Assembly: GCA_963750165.1 (NCBI GenBank)
Contig: CAVVPN010000012.1
Span: forward strand, 1,120,001-1,184,000
Length of the DNA stretch: 64,000 nt
Source: an uncultured Gemmataceae bacterium
Lineage (GTDB): Bacteria; Planctomycetota; Planctomycetia; Gemmatales; Gemmataceae
Direction: 5' to 3'
The position numbers and the translations under genes were made by a program. Under the pieces are notes generated by a model. The model was not told the DNA's origin. It worked only from the letters and a program-made list of their open reading frames with translations, and ran no database searches. This document shows, piece after piece, positions 27,958-38,437 of the stretch. Position 1 is the stretch's first letter. Every line of letters begins with the position of its first letter.

Positions 27958-28905
27958 ATGGACCAGGCCGCCACCATCACGGTCGAGTTGTTCACCGCCA
28001 GCGACGGCTACGTCTGGCGCTACCGCCGCTACACGCCCGAACCGGCCGCGACCGCCCAGGTGGTGTTCCTGCACGGCATTCAGAGTCACGGCGGCTGGTA
28101 CGAGCATTCGTGTGAACGGCTGCGGCAGGCGGGCTTCGCGGTGTCGTTCCTGGACCGCCGCGGCTCCGGCCTCAATGACCAGGACCGCGGCGACGCTCCG
28201 AGCTTCCGTCGCCTTCTCGATGATGTGGCCGAATACCTGCTCTGGTTGCGCGGCCAGGCGGCGGGGCAGCGGGTCTTCCTGGCGGGCATCTCCTGGGGCG
28301 GCAAGACGGCCACCGCCCTGCTGCGCCGCCACCCCAGACTCATCGACGGCCTGGCGCTGCTGTGCCCCGGCTACTTCCCGATGGTGCGGCCGCCGCTGAG
28401 CCAGCGCCTCGCCATTGTCTGGTCGCGCCTGGTGGCGCCGCGGCGATTGTTCCCCATCCCACTCAACGATCCCGAACTGTTCACCGCCAACCCGCGCTGG
28501 CAGCAGTTCCTGCGCGACGACCCGCGGTCGCTGCGCCAGGCGACCGCCCGACTGCTGATCGAGAGCGTCCGCCTCGACGGCTATTTACGCTTCGTGCCGC
28601 GCTTCGTGACGGTGCCGGTGCTGGTGCTGCTGGCCGGCCAGGAACGCATCGTCCGCAACGAACCGACGCGCCGCTACGTCGAGCGCTTTGCGACCGCGGA
28701 TAAAACGGTGATCGAATATCCCGAGGCCCACCACACGCTGGAATTCGAGCCGGACCCGGAACGCTTCATCGCCGACCTGACGCAGTGGCTGACGCGGCAG
28801 GCGGGACAAACTCCGTCTCCCTCCCACCAGGGGGGAGAGGGTCTTCTTTCTCCCTCCCCCCTGGTGGGGGAGGGTCAGGGTGGGAGGGAGAGGGGCATCG
28901 CATGA
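27958..28905 (+). CDS. Lysophospholipase-like alpha/beta hydrolase
   Basis: FLHGIQSHGGWY, DRRGSG, GISWGG nucleophile elbow, HHTLEFE. Confidence 0.88.
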   Translation: MDQAATITVELFTASDGYVWRYRRYTPEPAATAQVVFLHGIQSHGGWYEHSCERLRQAGFAVSFLDRRGSGLNDQDRGDAPSFRRLLDDVAEYLLWLRGQAAGQRVFLAGISWGGKTATALLRRHPRLIDGLALLCPGYFPMVRPPLSQRLAIVWSRLVAPRRLFPIPLNDPELFTANPRWQQFLRDDPRSLRQATARLLIESVRLDGYLRFVPRFVTVPVLVLLAGQERIVRNEPTRRYVERFATADKTVIEYPEAHHTLEFEPDPERFIADLTQWLTRQAGQTPSPSHQGGEGLLSPSPLVGEGQGGRERGIA

Positions 28906-29954
28906 CGCGCTGGCACGCCTTCCGTCAACTGGTCCTGGCCCGGTGGCGCGAGTTCTTCCGCGAACCGGAGGCCCTGTTCTGGGTGTACGCCTTCCCGCTG
29001 CTGCTGGCGGTGGCGCTCGGCCTGGCGTTCTCCGGCGGCCCACAGGCCCCGCCCGCCGTGGACGTGCAGGGCAGCGACACCGATCCGGATGTGGCCCCTA
29101 TCATCAAGGCCCTGAAAGCCAGGGACCACGGCCTCAAGGAGGTGGAGGCCCACGACGCCGACGCTTGCCGCCACCGCCTCATCACTGGCAAGACCGCCCT
29201 GTACGTGGTGCCGCACTCCCGCGGCCCGGAGTACGTCTACGACGAGGCCCGCGCCGAGAGCGTCCTGGCCCGCTACCAGGTGGACTCCCTGCTGATGCGC
29301 GACCGCCTCGGCGACAAGGCGCCGCCGGCCATCGACACGTACGTGAAGGAGCCTGGCAGTCGTTACATTGACTTCCTGCTGCCGGGCCTGATCGGCACCA
29401 ATTTGATGGGCGGCGGCCTGTTCGGCGTCGGTTTCGTGCTGGTGGACATGCGCGTCCGCAAGCTGTTCAAGCGCCTGCTGGCCACGCCCATGAACCGCGT
29501 CGATTTCCTGCTCGCCATCCTGACCGCCCGGCTGGTGTTCCTGGTGCCGGAGGTCGCGGTGCTGCTCGGCGCCGGCTGGTACATCTTCAGCGTCCCCATC
29601 AATGGCGGTCTGCTGGCGCTGGCGGTTGTGGTGCTGGTCGGTAACGCCGCGTTCGACGGCATCGGCTTGCTCATCGCCTGTCGCACCGAAAAGACCGAAA
29701 CGGTCAGCGGCCTCATCAACCTGGTGATGCTGCCGATGTACCTGCTCTCGGGTGTGTTCTTCTCGTCGAAGCGCTTCCCCGCGGAGGCGCAACCGTTCAT
29801 CCAGGCGCTGCCGCTGACGCAGCTCAACGACGCCCTGCGCGAGGTGATGCTGGAGGGCCACGGCCTGGACCATGTCGCCTGGCGGCTGGGCATCTTGCTG
29901 GCGTGGGCGCTGGTCACGTTCGCGCTGGCGCTGCGCTGGTTCCGCTGGCGCTGA
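28902..29954 (+). CDS. ABC-2 type transporter permease
   Basis: REPEALFWVYAFP, YIDFLLPGLIG, LSGVFFS and LPLTQL motifs; multiple TM segments. Confidence 0.88.
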   Translation: MTRWHAFRQLVLARWREFFREPEALFWVYAFPLLLAVALGLAFSGGPQAPPAVDVQGSDTDPDVAPIIKALKARDHGLKEVEAHDADACRHRLITGKTALYVVPHSRGPEYVYDEARAESVLARYQVDSLLMRDRLGDKAPPAIDTYVKEPGSRYIDFLLPGLIGTNLMGGGLFGVGFVLVDMRVRKLFKRLLATPMNRVDFLLAILTARLVFLVPEVAVLLGAGWYIFSVPINGGLLALAVVVLVGNAAFDGIGLLIACRTEKTETVSGLINLVMLPMYLLSGVFFSSKRFPAEAQPFIQALPLTQLNDALREVMLEGHGLDHVAWRLGILLAWALVTFALALRWFRWR

Positions 29955-29986
29955 CCGCTTCCCATGGTGCAGGCGGGCCGCCTGCA

Positions 29987-32729
29987 CTATGGCAGGACGG
30001 CGTCGTCCGGTCGTTGCAGTTCCAGCCAGGCCCGCCAGCGGCGCACGGCCAGACGGATGTTGTCCTGCGAATCCAGGAGCGTCGGCCCGAAGTCGGTGCC
30101 GCGCCAGCCGCACCAGGGCCTGGTGGGCGGCCTCCCGCACCTCCGGCGAGTCCTCCAGCAGCACGATCAACGCCTTCGCCGCGGGCAAACGCTTCCGCCC
30201 GACAACAGTCGCGGCGGCCGCCCGCACGCGCGGATCCCGGTCCTGCAACTTCGTCAGCAACGCCGCAGGGTTTTCGCCCGCTTTGCTGAGAAACTGCTGC
30301 TGGATCTTGCCGGCCGCCACCACCGCCCTGAACTGGTAGAGCGCTTGCAGTGCCACCTGTTCGTTGAGCAGCGTCAGCTGCACTGCGCCGTCCGGGCCTG
30401 TTCCTGAAAAACCACGGTGGCCAGTTTCGCATCGAAATTCCTTTGTAGCCGGCCGAAATTTTCACAGGCCACGAGTTTGTACCGGCGGTAGGCTTCGGCC
30501 CCGGGCCCGAATTCCACCGGGTTGCTGTACGCGCGATCCTCGACGCTTTTCAGAGCCTGCTTGAAGAGTTCGTGCGCCTGGCGCGTGTCCCCCTGAACCT
30601 GGTTCGCGGCCGTCGTCTGCATGATCGCTTGCCGGCCGACGACTTGCAGTCGTTGCTCCTGCTCCCGGATTAGCGCGTCCAGCAGCGCCGGGTGCGTCAG
30701 GGCCTGGAAGCGGAGCACCTCCAGGGCCGCCAGGTACGGTGAGTCCGGCGCGACGCCCGCGCCCAGTTGGCTCAGCACGTACCCCAGCGGCTGCTGGTCC
30801 ACGGCCTGTTCCAGCAAGTCGCGCAGCTGGAGGCTCAGCCGGCCGAACGGCTCGGTGAAGCCGAGGTCCATCTCGGCGGCCAGGTTCGTGCCGCGCACCA
30901 GCGCCGGAATGACCCCAGGGGCGTCGTCCAGTTTCCCCAGCGCCTGGGTGGTCCACTGCTGGGCGGCGTGGACGGTTTTCCGCACGGGGTCGTCCGGCGG
31001 TGCCGGCAGCAGTTTCGAGGCGGCCAGCGTGGACGTGAGGATGTGCAACTGGATCAGGTCCTCGACGTGCGGCCGTGGCCTGGCCCGCAAGTCGTCAAAG
31101 ACGCCGGCGATCAACTTTCCGGCCGCCGGGCGCCCGGCGGCTGGCGCGGGTCTACCGCCGGCAGGGCCAGCAGCGCGACGGCCCGCACGCAGAGATCCCG
31201 ATCTTTCAGACACTTCTTCAGGTGCGGGACGGCCGCCTTCGCCAACGGCCCCAGTTGCCCCAGAGCCAGCACGGCCGCCAGGCGGCGCGTGGGGTCCTGG
31301 TCGCCCAGCACGCCCACCAGCCGCTGCACCTGCTCCGGCCGTTTAACGGCCTTCTTGACCGGGGCCGGCCGGGCCCAGCTGTGGGTGGCGTTGAGGGCAC
31401 CGAGGCCGTCCCGCAGGGCGGCGTCGCGCGGCGAGCCGATCAGCAGGATGGCCGTGAACGCCGTCGCTTGCAGCGCCCGGTCCTGCTCCTTGAGACACGC
31501 CAGCAGCCCCGGCAGGGCGGCCTTCGCTTCCGGCCCAAGCTGCACCAGCGCGGCGGCCGCCGTGGTGCGAACCGAGGCGTCCGGATCCCGTAAGGCGTCC
31601 GCCAGCGCCTGCACGGCCTCGTTCGCGTCGCGGAACCGCGGTAGTGCCTGCACGGCACTGAGGCGCACCGGCAGGTCTGGCTCCTTGAGCGCGGCCAGCA
31701 AGTGCTCGATCATCTCCGGCCCGATTTCGTGCAGCGCCACGGCGGCCCAGGCGCGGGCCTCCGGATCGGGGTCGCGCAGCAATTTGGCCAGCCGCGGCAC
31801 CGCCGGCCGCGACTCCGGGCCGATCTCCGCCAGCGCCAGCGCGGCCAGCGTCCGCACCTGTGCGTCCTTGTCTTCAAGGAAATCGCTGACCGGCTCGACC
31901 GCTGCTGCCGCGTCCGGGCCGATGACCGCCAGCGCCCACAGCGCCCGCCGCCGTACCGGCGGCGCCGCGTCGGCCAGCGCCTTGATGAGTGCGGGGACCG
32001 CGGCCGGGCCGATCTGCGCCAGTGTCCGGGCGGCCTGGTCGGCGAACTCGGGGCCTTCGCGGCGCAGGCGCTCCATCAACGGCAGCACCGCGGCCCGGGC
32101 GGCGGCACCCTGGTTGCCCAGCTCCTTCATCGCCGCCAGGCGCTCGGCCTTGACCGGCGACTGCAACTGCTTGATGAGCCGGGCCGTCTTTGGACTTACT
32201 GGCGCCGGCTGCGCGGGGACGGCGCCCGGCTTGGCCGCCACCTCCGCGGGTTGGGCCTGCTGAACGGGCTGTGCGGGCGGGTCGGCCGGTTGCTCGAGCG
32301 CTTCGGGTTGCGGTTTCTTCTGGGCGGGCGGGTCGGTCGGCCGGTCGCGGTTGGGCTCGACCGACTCCGGTTCCGGTCGCGCTGCGCAGGGGGCTGCGGC
32401 AGTTCGACCGAAAGCCCGCCGCGAGCGGTCGTCTGGAGGTGCGGGCGTTCGGCATCTTCCTGTGCGGGCGGTTCTGCGGGGCTGTCGTCGGGGAGATTGC
32501 GGAGCACCAGCGCACTGCCGGCTACGGACAGGCACAGCACGGCGGCCGTGGCGCAGGCGAGCATCGGCCGGCGGGACCGGACGGCACGCGGCGGGGCGGC
32601 GCAAGGGACTGGTCGCGGCGCGACCCACCACGGCAGCGGTGCCGCGGTGGCGCAGCGCGGGCAGGCGGGCGGGTCGCCACTCGCCGGGAGCGGGGTCTGG
32701 CACTGGGGGCAGGCAGATTGGGGCTGCAT
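29987..32729 (-). CDS. HEAT-repeat protein with N-terminal zinc-ribbon-like motifs and TM segment (about 4 frameshifts)
   Basis: CPQC/CPRC N-terminus, TM segment, Pro-rich linker, many LxDxDxxVRxxAAxAL repeats. Pieces lie in ORFs 32196-32729, 31111-32703, 30374-31213 and 28875-30383, with a final frame ending GTDFGP...WRAWLE...* at 29987. Confidence 0.7.
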
Positions 32730-32881
32730 GGATTCACGCCGGGGTTTGAGGAGTGCGAACGCGAGCGTCCGCGGGTGCGTCCCTCACCAACTTCTGCAGG
32801 ACCAGCGTTTCGGCTTGTTTGAGATTCGATCAAGAATAGAAACGCCCAGCTGTCGGCGACGTTGGCGCAGGAATTGGGGCC

Positions 32882-32943
32882 GCGCGAAACGTAAACGGGG
32901 TCAGAAGGAGCGGGCGCCCTCTGACCCCGTTTACGTTTCGCGC
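32882..32943. terminator. Perfect 24-bp stem hairpin downstream of the large surface-protein gene
   Basis: gcgcgaaacgtaaacggggtcaga (32882-32905) / tctgaccccgtttacgtttcgcgc (32920-32943). No clear U-tract, so it may be a repeat element rather than a terminator. Confidence 0.55.
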
Positions 32944-32972
32944 TGAGTTGGAGCCGCCAGCTGCGGCGATGG

Positions 32973-35900
32973 TCAATGCACTGTCAGATTCGCCGACGAC
33001 GTGGTCGCCGAACCGAGGCTGTTGGTGAACACGACGCGGTAGCGGTAGCCGTTCTGGCTGGTCGTGACGGCGGTGAGGGTGAGCGTCGTGCCGGTGGCTC
33101 CCGTGATGTTGCTCCAGGTGGTGCCGCCGTCGATGCTCACCTGCCACTGGATGCTCACGGCCGGGTTGCCGGTCGCGGCGGCGGTGAAGGTCACGTTAGA
33201 CCCGGCGCTGACCATATGGTTGCTCGGGTTGGTCGTCACGGTCGGGGTGGACTGCACGGTCAGCGTCGCGGCGGCGGTGGTTGCGGAGCCGACGCTGTTG
33301 GTGAACACCGCCCGGTAGTGATAGCCGTTCTGGCTGGCCGTGGCGGCGCTGATGGTGTAGCTGAGACTGGTGGCGCCGCTGATGTTCGAGTAGTTGTTGC
33401 CGTTCGTGCTCTGCTGCCACTGCACCGTGGGCGCCGGGTAGCCCGACGCCGCGGCGGTGAATGTGACGCTGCCGCCGCTCACCACCGTCTGACTGCTCGG
33501 ACTGGTGAGGACGCTCGGGGCCGCCTGCACGGTTAGCGTGCCGCTCGCCAGGCCGGTCGTGCCGGCCGCGGTGAATTTGCTGCCGTCGCCGAGGTATTCG
33601 TAGGTGATCGGGTAGGTGCCCGTCGCCAGGCCCTGGATATTGAAGGTCGTCGAGAAGCTGCCGCCATTGCTGATCGACACTGGCTGTGTGACGCCGTTGA
33701 ACGTGATCGCCACGTCGTCGCCGCCGGGAGACACCGACCCGGCCGCAATGTGGCCGCTCACCGTGACGGTGCTCGCGCTGGTTGTGACCGTCGGCGAGGA
33801 CAGGCCGCTGAACGCCGGCGTCGCCTTGTTGATGACGTACGTGGCGTTGCCAGTTGAGCTGTAATAATTCGGATCGCTGCTGCCCCATTCCACGAACACC
33901 GCGTACGTCCCGGCCATGCTCGGCACGGTGGTGGAGCCGTTGTAGGTGGCGTAGGTCACGCTGCCGGCGACGGGCGTCACGCCGTCGATGCCGAGGGCGA
34001 CGGCGCTCACCGGCTGGGCCCTGCCGTTGTACGTGGTGGACGTGCCGCCGATGACCAGGGTGGGCGCGGCGGGATCGATCCACAATTCCCAGCTGTACGA
34101 GCCGCCGGTGTAGTTCGGGTCCAGGCTCGTGAAGGTTTCGATGAAGGTGTAGTAGCCCGCATCGGTCGGCGGCCCGGACAGCGGCGGGCCGAAGAGTTGA
34201 GTGTTGCTGCCGTACTCGTTGAAATACTCGTAGGTGAAGTAGCCGTTGATCGGGACGTAGCCGTTGATCGGGTCCCAGCCGTACGCGCTGCCGGCGACCG
34301 ACTGCGGTTGGCCGTTGTAGGTGAATTCCCACTGGCCGTCGTTGCCGAGGCCGATGGACGCGGTCGCCGGCAAGATCGTGAGCGTGCCGGTGGTGGTCGC
34401 CGACTGGTAGTTCGGGTTGGCGCTGGTGAACGTCGCCGTCACGTCGTAGGTGCCGGCATTGACGGGCAAGGTCGTGGAACCGTCGTAGGTCAGGCTGAAC
34501 GTGCCAGCGACCGGCGTCACGCCATCAAGACCCACCGCGGTGGCCACGACACCTTGGCCGCTGCCGTTGTAATAGAACGTAGTCGAACCGACGCTCAGTG
34601 TGGGAGCCACCGCGCTGATCGTCATGGTGCCGGCGATGGTGGCACTGACGTAGTTGGTGTCCGCACTGATGAAGTTGGCGACCACGGCATAGCTGCCGGC
34701 CTGGGTCGGCGGGTTGGGATTGCCGTTGTAGGTGATCTGGAACGATCCATCGACCGGGGTGACGCCATCAACGCCCACCACGCTGGCGGTGTCGGCGTGG
34801 GCGGTGCCGTCGTAGGCGGCCGAACCGTCCACGAGGGTCAAGGTCGGCGTCAGGGTGCCCAGGCTGTAGATAATGAGGTCGCTGGTGACGGCCACCGAAG
34901 CGTAGTCGGGGTCGTTGCTGGAAAACCGGATGGCCACGGTGAACAGGCCGGGACCGATCGGCGGGTTGGGATCGCCGTTGTAGGTGAGCTTGAAATCACC
35001 ATCGACGGGACTGACGCCGTCCACACCCACAGCCGTCGCGGTCGCCTCGTGCGGCATCATGTTGTAATAGAACGAGCCACTGTTCAGGGTAACGGCCGGC
35101 GTCGCCGGCAGGATCGTCAGGGTGCCCGTCGCCACCGCGTTGACGTAAGCCGGGTCGGCGCTCGTGAAGGTCGCCCTCACGGCGTAGGTGCCGGCCTTCG
35201 TCGGCGGCGTCGTGGAGCCGTTGTAGGTGTAGACGAAACTGCCGGCGACCGGGGTGACGCCATCGGTCTCGACCGCGGTGGCGCTGGCCGCGTGCGCATG
35301 GCCGTCGTAAATCACCGCCCTGGTGCTGACCCGCACCGCCGGCTGGTTGACCGACACGTAGAAATAGAACGTGTAGGACGATGTGCCGGCGAAGTTGGCC
35401 GCCTGGAAGGTGACGGGCAGGGTGCCGACCGAGGCCGCGGTCGGCGTGAACGTGACCAGGCCGGTCGTGGGATCGACGGTCAGGCCGCTCGGCGGGTTGA
35501 CGGCGGCGAACGTCGGCGCCGGGTTGGCGAACTCCTGCACCAGGTCGATCTGCACGGTCTGCCCCACGGTGACGTTGAGGCTGCCGATGTCGGCGCCGGA
35601 GGTGGTGGTGGCCACGTACAGGTCCGGCGGCGCCGCGACCGCCGCGTAGATGGCGGCGGTATGCCCTGACACGTGACCGGCGCTGTTGACCGCGGCGATG
35701 TAGTATTGGGCGCTGACGCTCGAACTGCCGGAAAGGATGACGGCGTTCGCGCCGAACGCCTGGGCATAGAGCACCCAGTTGATGCCGCCGCCGGAGCCGC
35801 GCGGACTGTGGTAAGGGTAGCCGCGGTAGATGTCGTAGCTGGTCACGTTCGGGTCGGGCGCGGCGTTCCAGGAGAGTTCGAGCGCCGTCGTGCTGATGGG

Positions 35901-37226
35901 AGTGCTCGTCAGCCCGGTCGGGACATTCGGCGTGACGCCGAGGGTGAGCGTTTGCGTCGTCTGGCCGACGTTGTTGCTGGCGGTCACGGTCACGACAGCG
36001 GTGCTGGTCTCGTCCGCGTAGGTGGGCGTCCACGAAATCCGGCCGGTGTTCGGGTCGATGGTCATGTCGGTCGGCGCCCCGCTGGTGAGGGCGTAGGTGG
36101 CTTGCGGGTTGGCCGTGGACGTGACCTGAAGGGTGGCAGGGGTGTTGACGAGGAACGTCCCGCTCGCGCCGGAGGTGATGATCGGGGCCTGGTCGGGCTG
36201 GTTCAGCTGCTGACTGACATAGGTCGTGGCCAGCGGGTTGCCGTTGGCGTCGTTGCCGCCCAGCACCTCGATGCGGCCCAGGGCATCGACCGTCGCGGCC
36301 GCCGAGTTGATCGGCTGCGGCAGCGGCGTCGCCACCGTCCAGGTGTTGGTCGTGATGTTGTAGGTCTCCACCGTGGCGGTCGTGCCCGCGGCCGTGCTGC
36401 CCCCAATGACGTAAATCAGGCCGTCCGGGCCGAGCACCGCGGCGCTGTCGCGGACGCCGACCTGCAGCGGGGCGACCTGATCCCAGGTGTTGGTCGCGAT
36501 GGTGTAGCGGTAGACGCTGCTGGTGATGGCACCGCCGGCGCCGACGCCGCCGAAGGTGTAAAGGTGGCCGGCGCCGTCATCGACCGCTGACGCGGAGAAC
36601 AGCGTCTGCGGCAGCGGGGCCTCGAACGTCCAGGTGTTGGCGGTCGCGTTGTACGCCTCCATCGTGGCGAGCGGTGTGCCGTTGTTGTCCACGCCGCCGA
36701 TGGCGTAGTTCGTGGCGGTGGCCGCGTCGTAGGCGGCGCCGAGCAGGCCGCGCGGCATGTTCATCGACTTCAGGGAGCGCGTCTGGTTGGTCGCGCCGTC
36801 CACGACGGTGACGGTGTTCGGATCGTACTGGGTGACGGCCGACGTGGCGAAGCCGTTTTGCGCGCCGCCGTAGACCAGGAAGTAGCCGCTGGGCAACGGC
36901 CCGACTCCCGGCCCGGAGCGCGCGAAATCGAGGGGTTGGACCGTCGGCGTCAGGTTCGCCTGCCAGCTCGGGTCGGTGGCGTTCAGCGCGTACGACGTGG
37001 TTGAGGGGCCCGCCAGGATGAGCAGGTTGGCGCCCTCCGGCTGAGCGGCCAGCCCGCCCGCCGCCACGGGCAGATTCACGCCCACGGCCCACGACAGGGC
37101 CGCCGGCAGGTCGCGCGTCTCCAGCTGTTCCAGCACCAACCGCCGCCCCGACCGCGCCCGTCCGGCGGCCCGGTTGCTCGTGACACCGCGAACTCCGACC
37201 CACTTCCGCAAGTAGTTTGTGAACAT
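32973..37226 (-). CDS. Large extracellular protein: planctomycete LExR leader, Kelch propeller, Ig/FN3-like, MBG-like repeats, C-terminal Ig domains
   Basis: RRLVLEQLETRDLPA leader; Kelch repeats (YAIGG, YTFGG, YVIGG...NTW); repeated GVDGVTPVAG.F..TYNG...P..AG.Y.V.A.F.S.D.NY modules; two V(S/T)FTAAA.G.P...QWQ...NGY.YR.VFTN Ig domains. Confidence 0.85.
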   Translation of the reverse strand: MFTNYLRKWVGVRGVTSNRAAGRARSGRRLVLEQLETRDLPAALSWAVGVNLPVAAGGLAAQPEGANLLILAGPSTTSYALNATDPSWQANLTPTVQPLDFARSGPGVGPLPSGYFLVYGGAQNGFATSAVTQYDPNTVTVVDGATNQTRSLKSMNMPRGLLGAAYDAATATNYAIGGVDNNGTPLATMEAYNATANTWTFEAPLPQTLFSASAVDDGAGHLYTFGGVGAGGAITSSVYRYTIATNTWDQVAPLQVGVRDSAAVLGPDGLIYVIGGSTAAGTTATVETYNITTNTWTVATPLPQPINSAAATVDALGRIEVLGGNDANGNPLATTYVSQQLNQPDQAPIITSGASGTFLVNTPATLQVTSTANPQATYALTSGAPTDMTIDPNTGRISWTPTYADETSTAVVTVTASNNVGQTTQTLTLGVTPNVPTGLTSTPISTTALELSWNAAPDPNVTSYDIYRGYPYHSPRGSGGGINWVLYAQAFGANAVILSGSSSVSAQYYIAAVNSAGHVSGHTAAIYAAVAAPPDLYVATTTSGADIGSLNVTVGQTVQIDLVQEFANPAPTFAAVNPPSGLTVDPTTGLVTFTPTAASVGTLPVTFQAANFAGTSSYTFYFYVSVNQPAVRVSTRAVIYDGHAHAASATAVETDGVTPVAGSFVYTYNGSTTPPTKAGTYAVRATFTSADPAYVNAVATGTLTILPATPAVTLNSGSFYYNMMPHEATATAVGVDGVSPVDGDFKLTYNGDPNPPIGPGLFTVAIRFSSNDPDYASVAVTSDLIIYSLGTLTPTLTLVDGSAAYDGTAHADTASVVGVDGVTPVDGSFQITYNGNPNPPTQAGSYAVVANFISADTNYVSATIAGTMTISAVAPTLSVGSTTFYYNGSGQGVVATAVGLDGVTPVAGTFSLTYDGSTTLPVNAGTYDVTATFTSANPNYQSATTTGTLTILPATASIGLGNDGQWEFTYNGQPQSVAGSAYGWDPINGYVPINGYFTYEYFNEYGSNTQLFGPPLSGPPTDAGYYTFIETFTSLDPNYTGGSYSWELWIDPAAPTLVIGGTSTTYNGRAQPVSAVALGIDGVTPVAGSVTYATYNGSTTVPSMAGTYAVFVEWGSSDPNYYSSTGNATYVINKATPAFSGLSSPTVTTSASTVTVSGHIAAGSVSPGGDDVAITFNGVTQPVSISNGGSFSTTFNIQGLATGTYPITYEYLGDGSKFTAAGTTGLASGTLTVQAAPSVLTSPSSQTVVSGGSVTFTAAASGYPAPTVQWQQSTNGNNYSNISGATSLSYTISAATASQNGYHYRAVFTNSVGSATTAAATLTVQSTPTVTTNPSNHMVSAGSNVTFTAAATGNPAVSIQWQVSIDGGTTWSNITGATGTTLTLTAVTTSQNGYRYRVVFTNSLGSATTSSANLTVH

Positions 37227-37421
37227 GCGCGCTCCCTCATGGGCAATCCCGGCTCTGAGGACGATCCTACCGATTGCCGTTTGTGATGTGTGATAGAGTT
37301 GCGAGGCGATCTTTGACGGGGTAGTAGATAGGAAATAGGGTATCCAGGCATCTGCTTATTGTCAATATGCGGATGATAAAATCGCCTTAATCTTCATGCG
37401 TTTCTCGCACAGCCGCCGCGG

Positions 37422-38222
37422 TTACGTCTTCACCTCCACGCCGGCCGTCGCGGTCGCCGGCGCCGCCTTGCGCATCGGCGGCGCCAGCAGCGTCGGCAGC
37501 TGGTGGTTGAGCACGCGCTCCAGCTCGCCCAGTGCCCGCGCCACCGTGGCCCCGTCCAGGACGCGGTGGTCGTAGATCAACCGCACGTCCACCGTGCCGT
37601 CCTCCGCGATGACGCCGTAGTTCAGCGTCGTTGTCAGGATCGACAGCGGGTGCAGCGCCTCGGCCCCGAGCCCCGAATACACCGTCACGCCGAACGTGCC
37701 CAGGTTGCGGGCGCGCTTGTAGCCCGACCAGTTCAGCCCGACCCACCAAATCAAGCGCCGCAGCGGCCACGGCAGCCGGCTGATGCGCAGCGCCCGCCGA
37801 AACGTGGCCACGCGCTCCACCGACGTCTCCTTGCACTCCTTCAGGTAGCGGTCGATCTGTTCGGGGCTGTGCTCTTCGACTCCGCGCAACTGCACGAACA
37901 GGACCGCCGGCTCGTTCTCCACCTCGCGCTCCATGGCGATGGAGGCGATGCTGACGGGGTGCTCGTACAGGTGCGGCCAGGGAAAGGTGAGGTAAGCGCG
38001 GCGCAACTCGGGCCGGGCGGCGGCGACCAGGGCGTAGGCCTTGGTGAACAGAGCGCACCAGCTCGGCCGTGGGCTGGCCTGCTCGCGGGCCACCATCAGC
38101 GGGGCAATGTTCATGCGCCGCTGCACCGGCACCGACGGCACCTTGCGGGCGCTGTGCAGGAAATCCCCGATCAGGCGCCGCGCCGGCGACAGAGGCAGGC
38201 TGCGGCCACGTGGTTCGGCCAT
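37422..38222 (-). CDS. Stand-alone 2-oxoacid dehydrogenase E2/CAT-like acyltransferase catalytic domain
   Basis: GTFGVT and YDHRVLDG catalytic motifs; no lipoyl or E3-binding domain. Confidence 0.8.
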   Translation of the reverse strand: MAEPRGRSLPLSPARRLIGDFLHSARKVPSVPVQRRMNIAPLMVAREQASPRPSWCALFTKAYALVAAARPELRRAYLTFPWPHLYEHPVSIASIAMEREVENEPAVLFVQLRGVEEHSPEQIDRYLKECKETSVERVATFRRALRISRLPWPLRRLIWWVGLNWSGYKRARNLGTFGVTVYSGLGAEALHPLSILTTTLNYGVIAEDGTVDVRLIYDHRVLDGATVARALGELERVLNHQLPTLLAPPMRKAAPATATAGVEVKT

Positions 38223-38437
38223 CGTCGTCCTCGCTGATCGATTCGACTAAATGGTGGCGATCCGTACCGCGAGAAGTGCTGAGGGTCGGTCGGGAACTGC
38301 TCCGCAACGCCCGCTGACCTGGCGCTGGAGGGTCTTCTCTTCCTTATATGGGTTTTCGCAACGGGGAGTGTTCCGCACTCCAGCCCGCCACCCGAGCGAA
38401 CGGGACATTGTAAATTTTAGAGAGGCATCCAGCCATG

